Translations under genes and position numbers: made by a program
NCBI GenBank assembly: GCA_041687035.1
Contig: JAWLCS010000014.1
Span: forward strand, 581-64,580
DNA from: Bacteroidales bacterium
GTDB lineage: Bacteria; Bacteroidota; Bacteroidia; Bacteroidales; UBA7960
Direction of reading: 5' to 3'
Length of the DNA: 64,000 bases
The notes under the pieces: model-generated
Database searches by the model: none
The model's input: the letters and a program-made list of their open reading frames with translations, nothing else
What the model was told of the DNA's origin: nothing
Part shown: piece by piece, positions 28,179-38,225 of the stretch
Position numbering within the stretch: position 1 is the first letter of the stretch
Layout of the letters: each line of letters begins with the position of its first letter

Positions 28179-28508
28179 ATGACCATACAGGAAGCCCAGA
28201 AAAAAGTTGACCAGTGGATAAACACTACTGGCGTAAGATATTTCAGCGAACTTACCAACCTGGCCATGCTTACCGAAGAGGTGGGCGAAGTAGCACGTAT
28301 CATGGCCCGCACTTACGGCGATCAGTCATTTAAGGATAGTGACCGCGAAAAAAACCTGTCTGATGAATTGGCCGATGTGCTGTTTGTGCTGATCTGCATT
28401 GCAAACCAGACCGGCATTGACCTGACAGAAGCACTGGAAAAGAACCTGAAGAAAAAAACGGAACGCGATGGGCAACGCCATCAGCAAAATCCAAAACTAA
28501 AAAGTTAA
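28179..28508 (+). CDS. MazG-like nucleotide pyrophosphohydrolase
   Basis: EEVGEVARI...ELADVLFVLICIAN (EExxE/ExxD-type MazG core), 109 aa. Confidence 0.8.
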   Translation: MTIQEAQKKVDQWINTTGVRYFSELTNLAMLTEEVGEVARIMARTYGDQSFKDSDREKNLSDELADVLFVLICIANQTGIDLTEALEKNLKKKTERDGQRHQQNPKLKS

Positions 28509-28533
28509 GAAAAGACAAGTCAACAAACGCTTA

Positions 28534-29532
28534 CTAATTGCCGTTGTAGGCCCATTTTAGCCAAACTGCCCCCCAGGTAAACCCGCCACCAAAAGCGGTC
28601 AGGATAATATTATCGCCCTTTTTCATCTTGTCTTCCCACTCCCACAAGCAAAGTGGTATGGTAGCATTGGTGGTGTTACCATATTTCTGAATATTTACCA
28701 TCACCCTATTCATGGGAATGCATGAGCGGCGGGCGGTGGCTTCAATAATGCGCATGTTGGCCTGGTGGGGAACCAACCAAGCGATATCATCGCCCGAAAG
28801 GTTATTCTTTTTAATAACGGAGGCAGAAACATCGGCCATGTTGGTCACGGCAAACTTGAACACAGACTGACCTTCCTGATACACATAATGCTCGCGAGCA
28901 GCAATAGTTTCGTGGCTTGGAGGCTTCAACGAGCCGCCGGCCTTCATATGCAGATGAACGCGGCCTGAGCCATCGCTGTGAAACTCGTGGTCCATTACGC
29001 CCAATTGTTCGGTGGTAGGCTCGAGCAGCACTGCTGCAGCCCCATCGCCAAAAATAACACAGGTCTGCCTATCGGTGTAATCAACAATCGACGACATTTT
29101 ATCGGCGCCAACCACCACCACTTTTTTGTATATCCCTGACTCCACAAACTTTGATCCAGTAGCCAAACCATAAATAAAACCTGAGCAGGCAGCATTAAGG
29201 TCGTAGCTGAAAGCGTTCTTTATCCCCACCTTATCGCTAATAACATTGGCAGTTGCAGGAAACTTCATGTCGGGGGTTACCGTGCAGCAAATAAGCAGAT
29301 CGACCTCCGAGGGGTCAATGCCACGTTTTTCGAGTAAGCCTTTTACTGCTTCGGCACCCATGTCGGAAGTACCCAAGCCTTCGCCTTTTTGTATTCTCCG
29401 CTCCTTTATGCCCGTGCGTGTGGTTATCCATTCATCGGTTGTATCAACAATGGTTTCGAGTTCCTGATTGGTGAGAACATATTCAGGAACATAACCATGC
29501 ACTGCGGTGATGGCAGAACTAATTTTATTCAT
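28534..29532 (-). CDS. fabH: Beta-ketoacyl-ACP synthase III
   Basis: Active-site context [24 protein letters not shown], and C-terminal GGGFTWGA. Confidence 0.93.
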   Translation of the reverse strand: MNKISSAITAVHGYVPEYVLTNQELETIVDTTDEWITTRTGIKERRIQKGEGLGTSDMGAEAVKGLLEKRGIDPSEVDLLICCTVTPDMKFPATANVISDKVGIKNAFSYDLNAACSGFIYGLATGSKFVESGIYKKVVVVGADKMSSIVDYTDRQTCVIFGDGAAAVLLEPTTEQLGVMDHEFHSDGSGRVHLHMKAGGSLKPPSHETIAAREHYVYQEGQSVFKFAVTNMADVSASVIKKNNLSGDDIAWLVPHQANMRIIEATARRSCIPMNRVMVNIQKYGNTTNATIPLCLWEWEDKMKKGDNIILTAFGGGFTWGAVWLKWAYNGN

Positions 29533-29549
29533 AGAAAAAAAGTAAAAAC

Positions 29550-30530
29550 TTAGTCGTTCCCGGTGTTGAAAATTTTACCCTGGGTGTATTGATCAATGGC
29601 GTTGTGGATTTTCTCGGCCAGACCTGCTTCAGAAACCTCTTTCGAGAGCAGTATCATGTTTTTTATGGCCTTGCCATTAGATATTCCATGCCCGATAACA
29701 ACGGTGGCATTGATACCGAGTATGGGAGTCCCGCCGTAATTCTCGTAGTTAAACCTTGAGAAGAAGGGGTCGGCGCCATAGCCGCGCTTAACAATCTGTC
29801 GGAACATGGCTTCCATATTTTTAAGAAGAATATTACCGGTAAACCCGTCGCAAACCACAACATCTACCTTGTCTTTAAACAGGTCGCGGCTTTCCACATT
29901 TCCAAAAAAGTTGAAGTCAGACGAGTCTTTCATCAGGCGGAAGGCCGACTGCGTGAGCAGGCTGCCCTTGTCTTCTTCTTCGCCAATATTGAGCAGGCCC
30001 ACTTTGGGGTTCTCAATTTTGTAAACATATTGGGCATATATGGAGCCCAGCAGCCCAAACTGATACATTACGTCGGGCTTACTGTCGGGGTTGGTACCCA
30101 CATCGATAAGCACGCCCACACGCCCGTCTTCCTTGGGAATAAGCGCGGTGGTGGCCGGACGAATAACGCCCTGCATGGCATTGACACTATAGATGGAACC
30201 CACGAGCATGGCGCCGGTGTTGCCGGCACTGGCAAAGGAGTCGAGTTTGCCCTTTTTCAGCATCCGAAAGCCCTTGGCGATACTCGAATCGGGCTTCTGT
30301 GCAAAAGCCTTTGTAGGCGATTCGCCCATGCCAATGACCTCTGAGGTGTGCACTATATCAAACAAGGCGGGGTCAGAGCCCTGCTTTGCAAGCTGTTCTT
30401 TAATTGCGTTTTCGTCGCCGATCAGGACAATCCTGTCGGTTTCGGGAACTTCCTTCTGGGCAAGGATTGCTCCGGAAACAGTTGCTTCCGGTGCAAAATC
30501 ACCCCCCATAACGTCCAGACCAATTCGCAT
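29550..30530 (-). CDS. plsX: Phosphate acyltransferase
   Basis: [15 protein letters not shown]-terminus, GNTGA, DGFTGN motifs. Confidence 0.93.
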   Translation of the reverse strand: MRIGLDVMGGDFAPEATVSGAILAQKEVPETDRIVLIGDENAIKEQLAKQGSDPALFDIVHTSEVIGMGESPTKAFAQKPDSSIAKGFRMLKKGKLDSFASAGNTGAMLVGSIYSVNAMQGVIRPATTALIPKEDGRVGVLIDVGTNPDSKPDVMYQFGLLGSIYAQYVYKIENPKVGLLNIGEEEDKGSLLTQSAFRLMKDSSDFNFFGNVESRDLFKDKVDVVVCDGFTGNILLKNMEAMFRQIVKRGYGADPFFSRFNYENYGGTPILGINATVVIGHGISNGKAIKNMILLSKEVSEAGLAEKIHNAIDQYTQGKIFNTGND

Positions 30531-30573
30531 TGTTTAAAGTTTGGTGAGCAATACGGATGAACCGTTCAGAAAA

Positions 30574-30759
30574 TTAAGCCTTTGCCGACTTCTCGATAGC
30601 AAGCTGGCCACGATAATGACCGCACTCGGGGCAAACCCTGTGCATCAGCTTTGCCGAACCGCAGTTGGGGCAAGTGGTCAATGCAGGCTCAGTAGCCTTG
30701 TAGTGCGTCCTTCTTTTGTCCCGGCGGGTTTTTGAAATTTTACTCTTTGGATGTGCCAT
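30574..30759 (-). CDS. rpmF: 50S ribosomal protein L32
   Basis: MAHPKSKISKTRRDKRRTH... CPNCG...HRVCPECGHY. Confidence 0.93.
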   Translation of the reverse strand: MAHPKSKISKTRRDKRRTHYKATEPALTTCPNCGSAKLMHRVCPECGHYRGQLAIEKSAKA

Positions 30760-30784
30760 AGCATTTATTAATTAACGTGTTTTC

Positions 30785-31351
30785 TCAATCATTAAATTTC
30801 AGCCCTTTCAGTGCCTGCCAAAGCGAATTGTCAGTGCCCGCTTCGGCCGGTTTGTTCTTTTCGAGGTATTGGTTAACCTTTTCCAGCACCACGGGGTCGC
30901 AACCTTTGCCTGGGATATTGTCGTCCATGTGAATATGCTGCATGGGCAATCCCAGGTGAACGTATTCGTAAACGTATTGCGATACATCGAAATGGCTCTC
31001 CCCTGCCGGGATTACGATAATCTCGTCGGTTTGCTCCGAGAAGGAATCGCCAAATTTAACGTACAACTTTCTTTCCACATCAAGGGCTTGCTGGTATAAT
31101 TCAAGGCAACGGTCACATTCCAGCTCCACAAACCCTTTTATCGAAAAGTCGAGAACCAGCATACTGTTTTGCTTGTCCAGCAAAAGCTCAACCTGCAGCT
31201 CCCCCTTGTGCACTTCGGTGAACTCGAAGCAGGAAAAAAAAGTTTCATCGATCCCGAAAGAGAAAGCATGTTTCCCAAGCGAAAGACCTACGAAACCAAT
31301 ATTAAACTGCTTCAACGGATTCAAAGTGCTTTCTTTTTTAAAAGGTTGCAA
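30785..31351 (-). CDS. YceD/DUF177 family protein
   Basis: It holds the conserved position upstream of rpmF-plsX-fabH and has the CDRCLE motif. The apparent start is TTG, so the exact start is uncertain. Confidence 0.75.
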   Translation of the reverse strand: MQPFKKESTLNPLKQFNIGFVGLSLGKHAFSFGIDETFFSCFEFTEVHKGELQVELLLDKQNSMLVLDFSIKGFVELECDRCLELYQQALDVERKLYVKFGDSFSEQTDEIIVIPAGESHFDVSQYVYEYVHLGLPMQHIHMDDNIPGKGCDPVVLEKVNQYLEKNKPAEAGTDNSLWQALKGLKFND

Positions 31352-31427
31352 AGATAAAACTAATCCACGAAATAAAAAACAAAAATCCCCAAGTAATTCA
31401 AAATCACTTTTTACCTTGTAACTTCCT

Positions 31428-31450
31428 GAAAAGAAATTTGCTGCCCGTTG
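31428..31450 (-). terminator. Possible terminator downstream of the 1076-aa oxidoreductase gene
   Basis: On the minus strand, CTGCC-AACG-GGCAG is followed by a moderately T-rich tract. The stem is short. Confidence 0.3.
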
Positions 31451-31462
31451 GCAGAGGCCTTT

Positions 31463-34400
31463 TTATTTAAACGCCTTTTCAAGCAAAGCATCACCGCCCA
31501 GTTTAAGGCGGTTGAAATAGGCTGGCACTTCTTTTCCGGTAAGTTGATCTACATACAACTTTGCAAGATATTGCCCCAGCATGAAACCCTGACCGCGCAG
31601 ACCCAGGAGTAATCCTTTTTCCACATCGATAATCATTTTTGGCTCGATGTAATATCCGGCCCACAGCGCCTGGAATCCTACCGACGAGATCTCAGGGATC
31701 CAGTCGATAAAAATTTCCGAAACGATCTCTGCAAAGTCCTTACTGTTCACCTTCAGGTTTTTGTCTGTCTCCAGGGGTTCGACGGCGGGTGAGGCACATC
31801 CGATGATCTGCCCTGTTTCGCCCAGCTGCTGCCCGTAAACTGCCACAAAGCCTTTATAGTTGCGGCGGTCAATTAGCATGTCGAGCGGACGGCCTTCGAC
31901 ACCCAGCATGGGCAGGCGACGCGTAATGAAGGCCTGGTGCTTCACAGGATAAAGGCCGGTTTCTATGCCCAGCATTTTGGCAAAATGATTGCCTTGGTCC
32001 CCAAGGGCATTTACAAACACTGGTGTGCGATATTCCACATATTCGCCATTATGAAGGCGCACCACAACTTTGTAAAGGTCGCCGGCTTTCTCCACATTTA
32101 TTAGCTTGCAATCCTCCATTAAAGTGCCGCCCTGCTGCACGCCAATTTTGCGCAGCACCTCTATCACCTTGCCCGGGGTAGCCTGCCAGCACTCGCTGGT
32201 TTTCATGGCAGCAATGTATTTGTTGTTGCTGGTGTTGAAATAGGGCGAAATTTCATCCCTGAACTGCGAAGGATTAATCATCACAGCCTTTTGCCATGCC
32301 ATAGACTCTTCCAAGGCCTTGTACATGGTTTCGTCGTGGGCAAACGTCACATAATTTATCAGGCGAAAATCGATGTTTCCGTGTTTCTGCAGCTGGGCAA
32401 ACAGCTCCAGGTTATGGCGGGCAATGTCGGTCAGCTCGGGCAGCGAAAATACAGGACGCCCGCCGGCAATGTTGCGCCATGAGGATCCAAAGCCCGAGTT
32501 GATCATCACCGGTTCAAAGCCTTCTTCGGCCAGGAAGCGGAACAAGGCGCTGCCTCCGATACCGCCGCCGGCCACCAGCGATTTCACCTCCACAATTCGG
32601 CGGGCCTTGCCGTTTACACTGGTAATAACTCTTTGTGCGGCATCCGAGGGAAACAGCTCGCCAATGGTGATCTGGTTCGACATGGGCGCACGCGGGGTGG
32701 AGCCGCCGATAAGCTCCACTCCTTTTGGCCTGAGGTTTTGCTTAAGGCGCTGCAGGCAGCGTTTTCCCCGGCAGGGGCCCATACCCAAATGGGTAGTATG
32801 CTTCACCTCCTCTACCGAAACAAACTTCCGGTCGCCAATCAGCTCGAGCACCTCCTTAAAGGGGACGTCGTCGCAGTGGCACATAAAGATGTCGCCCACG
32901 GGCTCTTCCTCGTAGGTGCCGAAGGTTATCGGTTCGGGATAATCGCGCTTAATGATAAACCCGCGCACCTTCAGCTGCTCTTCCCGGGGCATGCCAGTGG
33001 CCTTCACCCTGGCCACATGCGTCAGGTTTTTCTTGCGCATGATGCGGTCAATCACCCCCTCGCCCAAAATATTGGCATTGTTGTCAACAAGGTACACCTC
33101 TTCCCCATCATTCATATCGAATTCGATGGGAAGGAAAAAGGTTCCTTTTTCCGGGTTGTAACCAAAAATGGCAAGGCCGGGGCATTGGTACACGCAATCC
33201 ATGCAACCCACACACTTGTCGAAATCGATTTGTGGCACAGTGCTGGTCGACGATTTGGTGATGGCCCCATACTTGCATGCAAAAGCACAGGGATTGCAGG
33301 CAAAGCCATACAGGCAGTCGATCTGTACAAAAGGCTTGCTCATGCGCTCTTCGGTAGGCAGCGCAGGGGCTTCAATCACCTTTATGGGATGCTGCTGAGA
33401 GTCGATGTATTCTTTTGAAACGAGCAGGTAGTCGTCGTAGTTGAAGCGCCGTTTCATATTTTCAAGTATCTCGTAGGCTACCTGCTTGCCACGAAGCACT
33501 GCACTGGTGCCTTCTCCAATGCGAATGGCATCGCCGGCGCCGTAGCACCTGCGGCCAAACATTTCCTGTCCTTTTTCGAGCAAGGCGTCATCGGGCATTA
33601 GACCGGTGCAAATGTTGATCGCATCAATACCCTCTATCACCATTTCCGTTCCCGGGATGGGGCTAAAATTCTCGGCTTTGGCAATCACCGCGCCCCTTAT
33701 GCCATCGCCCTTTTCGTTGGGCAAGGCTTCGAGTATCATATGCGAAAGCATAATGGGGATCCCCAGTCGCCGCACCCGGTTGGCCTGCACCGGAAAGCCG
33801 CCCTCGTGTGCCTGGGCCTCAATAATGGCTTTGACCTTTGCCCCGGCCTGCGTTAATTGATAGCTGGTAAGATAGCCAATGTTTCCGGCACCCACGGTGA
33901 GCACATTACGACCCAGCAAGGTCAATTCGGTGTTCATCATTTTCTGTATTACTGCAGCGGTGTAAACCCCCGGCAGGTCGTCGTTATGGAAAGTGGGCAG
34001 GAAAGGAACCGCACCCGTAGCTACCACAAAATGCTGGCAATCGATATAAAAAATTTCTTGTGTCCTGAAGTTTTTTACGGCCACCCGATTGCCTTCGAAA
34101 ATATCCCAAACGGTGCAGTTGAGCATAATGCCCTCATGGTTTTCGCCTGCCAGGGTTTTGGCAATTTCGAAGCCCCTCAGGCCACCATATTTCTTCACTT
34201 TTTCGAAAAAGAAAAACTGGTGGGTTTGCATATTGAACTGCCCGCCAATTTCTCCATTACTGTCGACCACGATGTTGCTCACCCCGTTTTCGTTGAGTAT
34301 TTCGCGGGTGGCCAGGCCCGCAGGGCCTGCTCCAACAATTACCACCTCGGTTTTGTAAACCCTTACCCCGTCCTTCTTCACATATACCGAAGGCTTAGCC

Positions 34401-34693
34401 ACATAGTCGCGCGGAATCTCGGCCACCTCCCTCACCCCATCCACCGGCGTGATACAGATGCGCCGGATCTCGCCATCGACCAGCATCTCGCAGGCACCGC
34501 ACTTGCCAATGCCGCACTCAAGGCTGCGGTTGCGGTTGGTAAGACTATGGCTGTGCACCGGAAATCCAGCCTGATGAAGCGCTGCAGCTATGGTAAAACC
34601 TTTGTCGCCGGTAATTTGGCTTCCATTGTAAGTAAATGTTACTTTTTCGGTCTCCCCGATGGGAATAATCGGGTGCTGGGCAATTTTATGCAT
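31463..34693 (-). CDS. Multi-domain fusion oxidoreductase: [2Fe-2S] Fer2_4-like + pyridine-nucleotide-disulfide-type FAD/NAD(P) domain + 4Fe-4S motif + BFD-like [2Fe-2S] + DAO-type FAD oxidoreductase
   Basis: ECGIGKCGACEMLVDG, VVIVGAGPAGL and LTVGAGNIGY Rossmann motifs, YGAGDA, CVGCMDCVYQCP, FMCHCDD...GMGPCRGKRC, then VAGGGIGGSALF opening a second FAD domain. Confidence 0.8.
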   Translation of the reverse strand: MHKIAQHPIIPIGETEKVTFTYNGSQITGDKGFTIAAALHQAGFPVHSHSLTNRNRSLECGIGKCGACEMLVDGEIRRICITPVDGVREVAEIPRDYVAKPSVYVKKDGVRVYKTEVVIVGAGPAGLATREILNENGVSNIVVDSNGEIGGQFNMQTHQFFFFEKVKKYGGLRGFEIAKTLAGENHEGIMLNCTVWDIFEGNRVAVKNFRTQEIFYIDCQHFVVATGAVPFLPTFHNDDLPGVYTAAVIQKMMNTELTLLGRNVLTVGAGNIGYLTSYQLTQAGAKVKAIIEAQAHEGGFPVQANRVRRLGIPIMLSHMILEALPNEKGDGIRGAVIAKAENFSPIPGTEMVIEGIDAINICTGLMPDDALLEKGQEMFGRRCYGAGDAIRIGEGTSAVLRGKQVAYEILENMKRRFNYDDYLLVSKEYIDSQQHPIKVIEAPALPTEERMSKPFVQIDCLYGFACNPCAFACKYGAITKSSTSTVPQIDFDKCVGCMDCVYQCPGLAIFGYNPEKGTFFLPIEFDMNDGEEVYLVDNNANILGEGVIDRIMRKKNLTHVARVKATGMPREEQLKVRGFIIKRDYPEPITFGTYEEEPVGDIFMCHCDDVPFKEVLELIGDRKFVSVEEVKHTTHLGMGPCRGKRCLQRLKQNLRPKGVELIGGSTPRAPMSNQITIGELFPSDAAQRVITSVNGKARRIVEVKSLVAGGGIGGSALFRFLAEEGFEPVMINSGFGSSWRNIAGGRPVFSLPELTDIARHNLELFAQLQKHGNIDFRLINYVTFAHDETMYKALEESMAWQKAVMINPSQFRDEISPYFNTSNNKYIAAMKTSECWQATPGKVIEVLRKIGVQQGGTLMEDCKLINVEKAGDLYKVVVRLHNGEYVEYRTPVFVNALGDQGNHFAKMLGIETGLYPVKHQAFITRRLPMLGVEGRPLDMLIDRRNYKGFVAVYGQQLGETGQIIGCASPAVEPLETDKNLKVNSKDFAEIVSEIFIDWIPEISSVGFQALWAGYYIEPKMIIDVEKGLLLGLRGQGFMLGQYLAKLYVDQLTGKEVPAYFNRLKLGGDALLEKAFK

Positions 34694-34906
34694 TTTAAAC
34701 CTTTATTGATGGTCGAAAAAATCCGTTTTATAAGAATTTGCGGCATTCAATATTTACGCTAAGCCTTGTAAATAAAGGAATTCCGCTGCAAAGGTAATTT
34801 TTTTGAAAATTCTTCTTCGTCCTTTTACAAATTTAAACCCATTCTAAACAAGGAAAACATTACCACAAATTGCGGCTTTGGGCGTAAATTTGCAAAAGCC
34901 AAAACA

Positions 34907-35665
34907 ATGACCATGAAGAAATTTGCCTACATTGCCACCACATTTGCATTATTGATCCTCGCAGCGGTGGTTTTCCGAGCCGTTTTCAAAACCGTGACCC
35001 CTGCCAGCAACAATGCTTCAGCCAATGCCAGCCAATTTCTTCTACCTGATATTTCCGAACAAAACCCCGGAACCATGATCAGCTTACCCCAACCCACAAC
35101 CGATGGCACAATGAGCCTCGAAAAAGCCATGAGCCTGCGTCGCTCGGTGCGCAGCTATGTTAACCAGCCCCTCACCATCGAAGAGCTTTCGCAACTGCTG
35201 TGGGCCGGCCAAGGCATAAACAACGAAAGGGGTTTCCGCACAGCTCCCTCGGCAGGAGCCACCTTTCCGCTCGAGCTTTTTGTAATGGTAAACAACGTAA
35301 AAGGGCTAAAAAAAGGCATTTATCATTACCAAATCGGCGACCATTCCCTTAAAATGACAGACGCCCGCGAACTTGAAGGAGAAGTAACCCGTGCATCGCT
35401 TAGCCAAAGCATGATCAGCGAGGCCGGGGTGGTAATAATTTTTGCCGCCATTTTTGATCGCACCACTTCCCGATATGGAGAGCGCGGTATTCGGTATATC
35501 CATAACGAAGTAGGGCATGTTTCACAAAACATCCACCTGCAGGTGTCGGCCCTCAACCTTGGCACGGTGGTTATTGGTGCTTACCGCGACGAGGAGGTGG
35601 AGGCTATTCTTGACCTGGGCGAAGAATACCGGGTATTGTATATGATGCCCATAGGAAAAATCTGA
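34907..35665 (+). CDS. SagB/ThcOx-type nitroreductase-family dehydrogenase with N-terminal membrane anchor or signal peptide
   Basis: RRSVRSY near the start of the domain, PSAGATFPLE, and RYGERGIRYIHNEVGHVSQN (typical SagB-type core). The N-terminus is hydrophobic. Confidence 0.75.
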   Translation: MTMKKFAYIATTFALLILAAVVFRAVFKTVTPASNNASANASQFLLPDISEQNPGTMISLPQPTTDGTMSLEKAMSLRRSVRSYVNQPLTIEELSQLLWAGQGINNERGFRTAPSAGATFPLELFVMVNNVKGLKKGIYHYQIGDHSLKMTDARELEGEVTRASLSQSMISEAGVVIIFAAIFDRTTSRYGERGIRYIHNEVGHVSQNIHLQVSALNLGTVVIGAYRDEEVEAILDLGEEYRVLYMMPIGKI

Positions 35666-35680
35666 TCTACAGACCATATT

Positions 35681-36901
35681 ATGAAAACCATTAAGGAGTT
35701 ATTCAAAATAGGGAATGGCCCCTCAAGCAGCCATACCATGGGCCCGCGAAGGGCTGCCGAACGATTTTTGCTAAGGCACCCGCAAGTGGAGCAATTCAGG
35801 GTTACGCTCTACGGAAGCCTTGCTGCCACCGGTGTAGGGCACCTTACCGACACCATACTGGTCAACTCCTTTCATCCCAAACCGCTGGAGATCGTATGGA
35901 AGCCAGAGGTTGAGCTTCCCTTGCATCCCAACGGGCTGGAGTTTGAGGCCCTTAACGGGGAAAACCTGGTGGAGCGCTGGCGGGTGTACAGTATTGGAGG
36001 AGGCGCCCTGATGGAGGAAGGCGAGGCCAACACAATGGAAGAGAACGTGTACAAGCTTCACACCATGCATGACATCCTCAGTTGGTGCGAAGCCCGTGAA
36101 AAAAACATGTGGGAATATGTGTTGGCTTGCGACCTGCCCGACACCTTCGAATATCTTGAAAACGTGTGGGAAGTAATGAAAGCTTCCATCGAGCGGGGAC
36201 TGGAAAACGAGGGTACGCTGCCCGGCGGGCTCAACCTGGTGAGGCGGGCTCCAATGTATTATACCCGCAGCAAGACTTTTGCCGATATGCTTAAGCGCAC
36301 AGGCCATACCTTTGCCTATGCCCTGGCTGTAGCCGAAGAGAACGCTTCGGGCGGCCGCATTGTAACGGCACCCACCTGCGGCTCTGCTGGCGTGCTGCCG
36401 GCGGTGCTTTTTTCGTTGCAAAAAATCTACAAGCTTTCCGACACCCGCATTGTACGAGGTTTGGCCACCGCCGGCCTTATTGGAAACCTGATTCGCACCA
36501 ACGCCTCTATTTCGGGCGCGGAAGTGGGCTGCCAGGGCGAGATCGGAGCGGCCTGCTCAATGGCGGCGGGCGCTGCGGTACAACTGCTGGGCGGATCGCC
36601 ACTGCAGGTAGAGTATGCAGCAGAAATGGGAATGGAACACCACCTGGGCCTTACCTGCGACCCGGTAAACGGACTGGTGCAGATACCTTGTATTGAGCGC
36701 AACGCCATGGCGGCTGTCAGGGCCTGGGAATGCGCTACCTATGCCCTGCTATCCGATGGAAAACACCGGATCTCGTTCGACGATGTGATAAAAACCATGA
36801 AAGAAACCGGCCTCGACATGAAGGCTTCTTACCGCGAAACCAGCCAGGGTGGACTGGCAGTAAACTGGACCGGATACCGGCAGAGAGATCAGAAACCGTA
36901 G
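35681..36901 (+). CDS. sdaA: L-serine ammonia-lyase (iron-sulfur dependent)
   Basis: [16 protein letters not shown]-terminus, [41 protein letters not shown]. Confidence 0.88.
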   Translation: MKTIKELFKIGNGPSSSHTMGPRRAAERFLLRHPQVEQFRVTLYGSLAATGVGHLTDTILVNSFHPKPLEIVWKPEVELPLHPNGLEFEALNGENLVERWRVYSIGGGALMEEGEANTMEENVYKLHTMHDILSWCEAREKNMWEYVLACDLPDTFEYLENVWEVMKASIERGLENEGTLPGGLNLVRRAPMYYTRSKTFADMLKRTGHTFAYALAVAEENASGGRIVTAPTCGSAGVLPAVLFSLQKIYKLSDTRIVRGLATAGLIGNLIRTNASISGAEVGCQGEIGAACSMAAGAAVQLLGGSPLQVEYAAEMGMEHHLGLTCDPVNGLVQIPCIERNAMAAVRAWECATYALLSDGKHRISFDDVIKTMKETGLDMKASYRETSQGGLAVNWTGYRQRDQKP

Positions 36902-38217
36902 GTAATTCCTGTAAAAACAGAATATTGGAAAGGAAGTGCGCGTCCAATCATAAGCTGGTCGCGTACCATTGGCATTACAAACATTTGAGCGGTGGGCTCA
37001 ATGGTAAGGTTCAGGCTTTTGTTAAGGGGTACATTAAGAACAAATCCGCCAAGAGCCGAAAAATTAAACTTCCTCAGGCCATAAGTCTCACCGATAGGTT
37101 TTGACATGGTTTTCCGGCCCAGGAAAACTTCGTTGCCCAGCAGATAGTTCATGGAGCCCCCGGCCTTTACGAGCAACTCAGCGCGCTGCAAATCAAGAAC
37201 CCTGACCTGGGCCAGAAGAGGTATCTCCAGGAAAGAAAAATACTGGCTTATGCCGAAATCGCGTACCGTCAGGTTTTTAGGATCACCATCGGCAAAATAC
37301 TGTTTATTGGTAATGACCCGGTACGACTCAACATCAGCAAAGAATAAGCTGGGCTCACTTAAGCGAATATTGCCCTGCGAGGTTACGATGGTTTGCGGGT
37401 GACCGAAGTTTGTGTTGCGGTCGAGCTCAAACAAAGGCAGGTTAAAAGGATGAGAAAAGGCCACTATGTCATTTACAAACTGCCCCATGGTGCTGTAATT
37501 CATCCCGGTTTGCAGGCTAAGCCATGGCCTTAGGCTTACTTTGGCCGAAACACCAATATTAAAAGAGAAAAGCGCGCTTTCCAGGTTTTCGAAAGGAATG
37601 CCGCCATTGTCAATTTCTGACGGTCTTGCCAGGTGGCGGAAACTATATTGGGGAGCAATATGTGCGCCTAGGGTAAGAAAAGAGAAATCAATTCCCCTGC
37701 GCTCAAAGGCTAATAAAGAAGGCTGCTGCTCAAGGGGCAAAATATCCTGTTGATAATCAAGTGAAGGTTTTTGCAGCGAAGGTTGTTTTTCCGGAATGGA
37801 AGCCAGCAAGGAAGCGGGCGAAGAAAAGTTAACAGGTGCCGGAATTTTCACTTCTTCAGTTGCAGATACGGCACTGACAGGTGTTTCCGTAAATACAACA
37901 GCTGGGGTGGTTGCGGTCAGCTCTTCAGCAAGAGCAAGTTCTGTGGTAATATTGGCATCAGGAGAAACAAAATTTTCGGTGGTAAACCCGGGCACTTCGC
38001 CGTAAGGCTGAAAAGTAAGAAACCAAAAGGACAAGGCACTCACCAGCAATATGGCCAGCCCTGCGGCAACCCTGTAAACCAATGGCGCAATACGGCGGGT
38101 GACAGGCTGAGCTAAGCCCAGTGAAATGCCATACCAGACATGGGCAGGAGGCCGCGCTTCAAAATCGGCGAAGGCATCTCTTATCTTCTCATCAAAATTC
38201 CTATTCTCAATAACCAT
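36889..38217 (-). CDS. Anti-sigma-like N-terminus + TM helix + Pro/Ser/Thr-rich linker + C-terminal outer-membrane-type beta-barrel
   Basis: It lies immediately downstream of the ECF sigma gene. The N-terminus reads ...RPPAHVWYGISLGL, followed by a TM segment (VAAGLAILLVSALSFWFLTF). The C-terminal 200+ aa are beta-strand rich and end in GITYGF. The start may be the ATG at 38217 or the TTG at 38229. Confidence 0.6.
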   Translation of the reverse strand: MVIENRNFDEKIRDAFADFEARPPAHVWYGISLGLAQPVTRRIAPLVYRVAAGLAILLVSALSFWFLTFQPYGEVPGFTTENFVSPDANITTELALAEELTATTPAVVFTETPVSAVSATEEVKIPAPVNFSSPASLLASIPEKQPSLQKPSLDYQQDILPLEQQPSLLAFERRGIDFSFLTLGAHIAPQYSFRHLARPSEIDNGGIPFENLESALFSFNIGVSAKVSLRPWLSLQTGMNYSTMGQFVNDIVAFSHPFNLPLFELDRNTNFGHPQTIVTSQGNIRLSEPSLFFADVESYRVITNKQYFADGDPKNLTVRDFGISQYFSFLEIPLLAQVRVLDLQRAELLVKAGGSMNYLLGNEVFLGRKTMSKPIGETYGLRKFNFSALGGFVLNVPLNKSLNLTIEPTAQMFVMPMVRDQLMIGRALPFQYSVFTGITYGF

Positions 38218-38225
38218 GTCAGTAA

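Noticed and set aside
34907-35665. A SagB-type dehydrogenase as a marker of a thiazole/oxazole-modified microcin (TOMM) cluster.
   Set aside because: No cyclodehydratase (YcaO or the C/D proteins), precursor peptide or transporter is adjacent. The neighbours are sdaA and a large oxidoreductase, and the protein has its own N-terminal anchor. It therefore appears to be a stand-alone nitroreductase-family enzyme.
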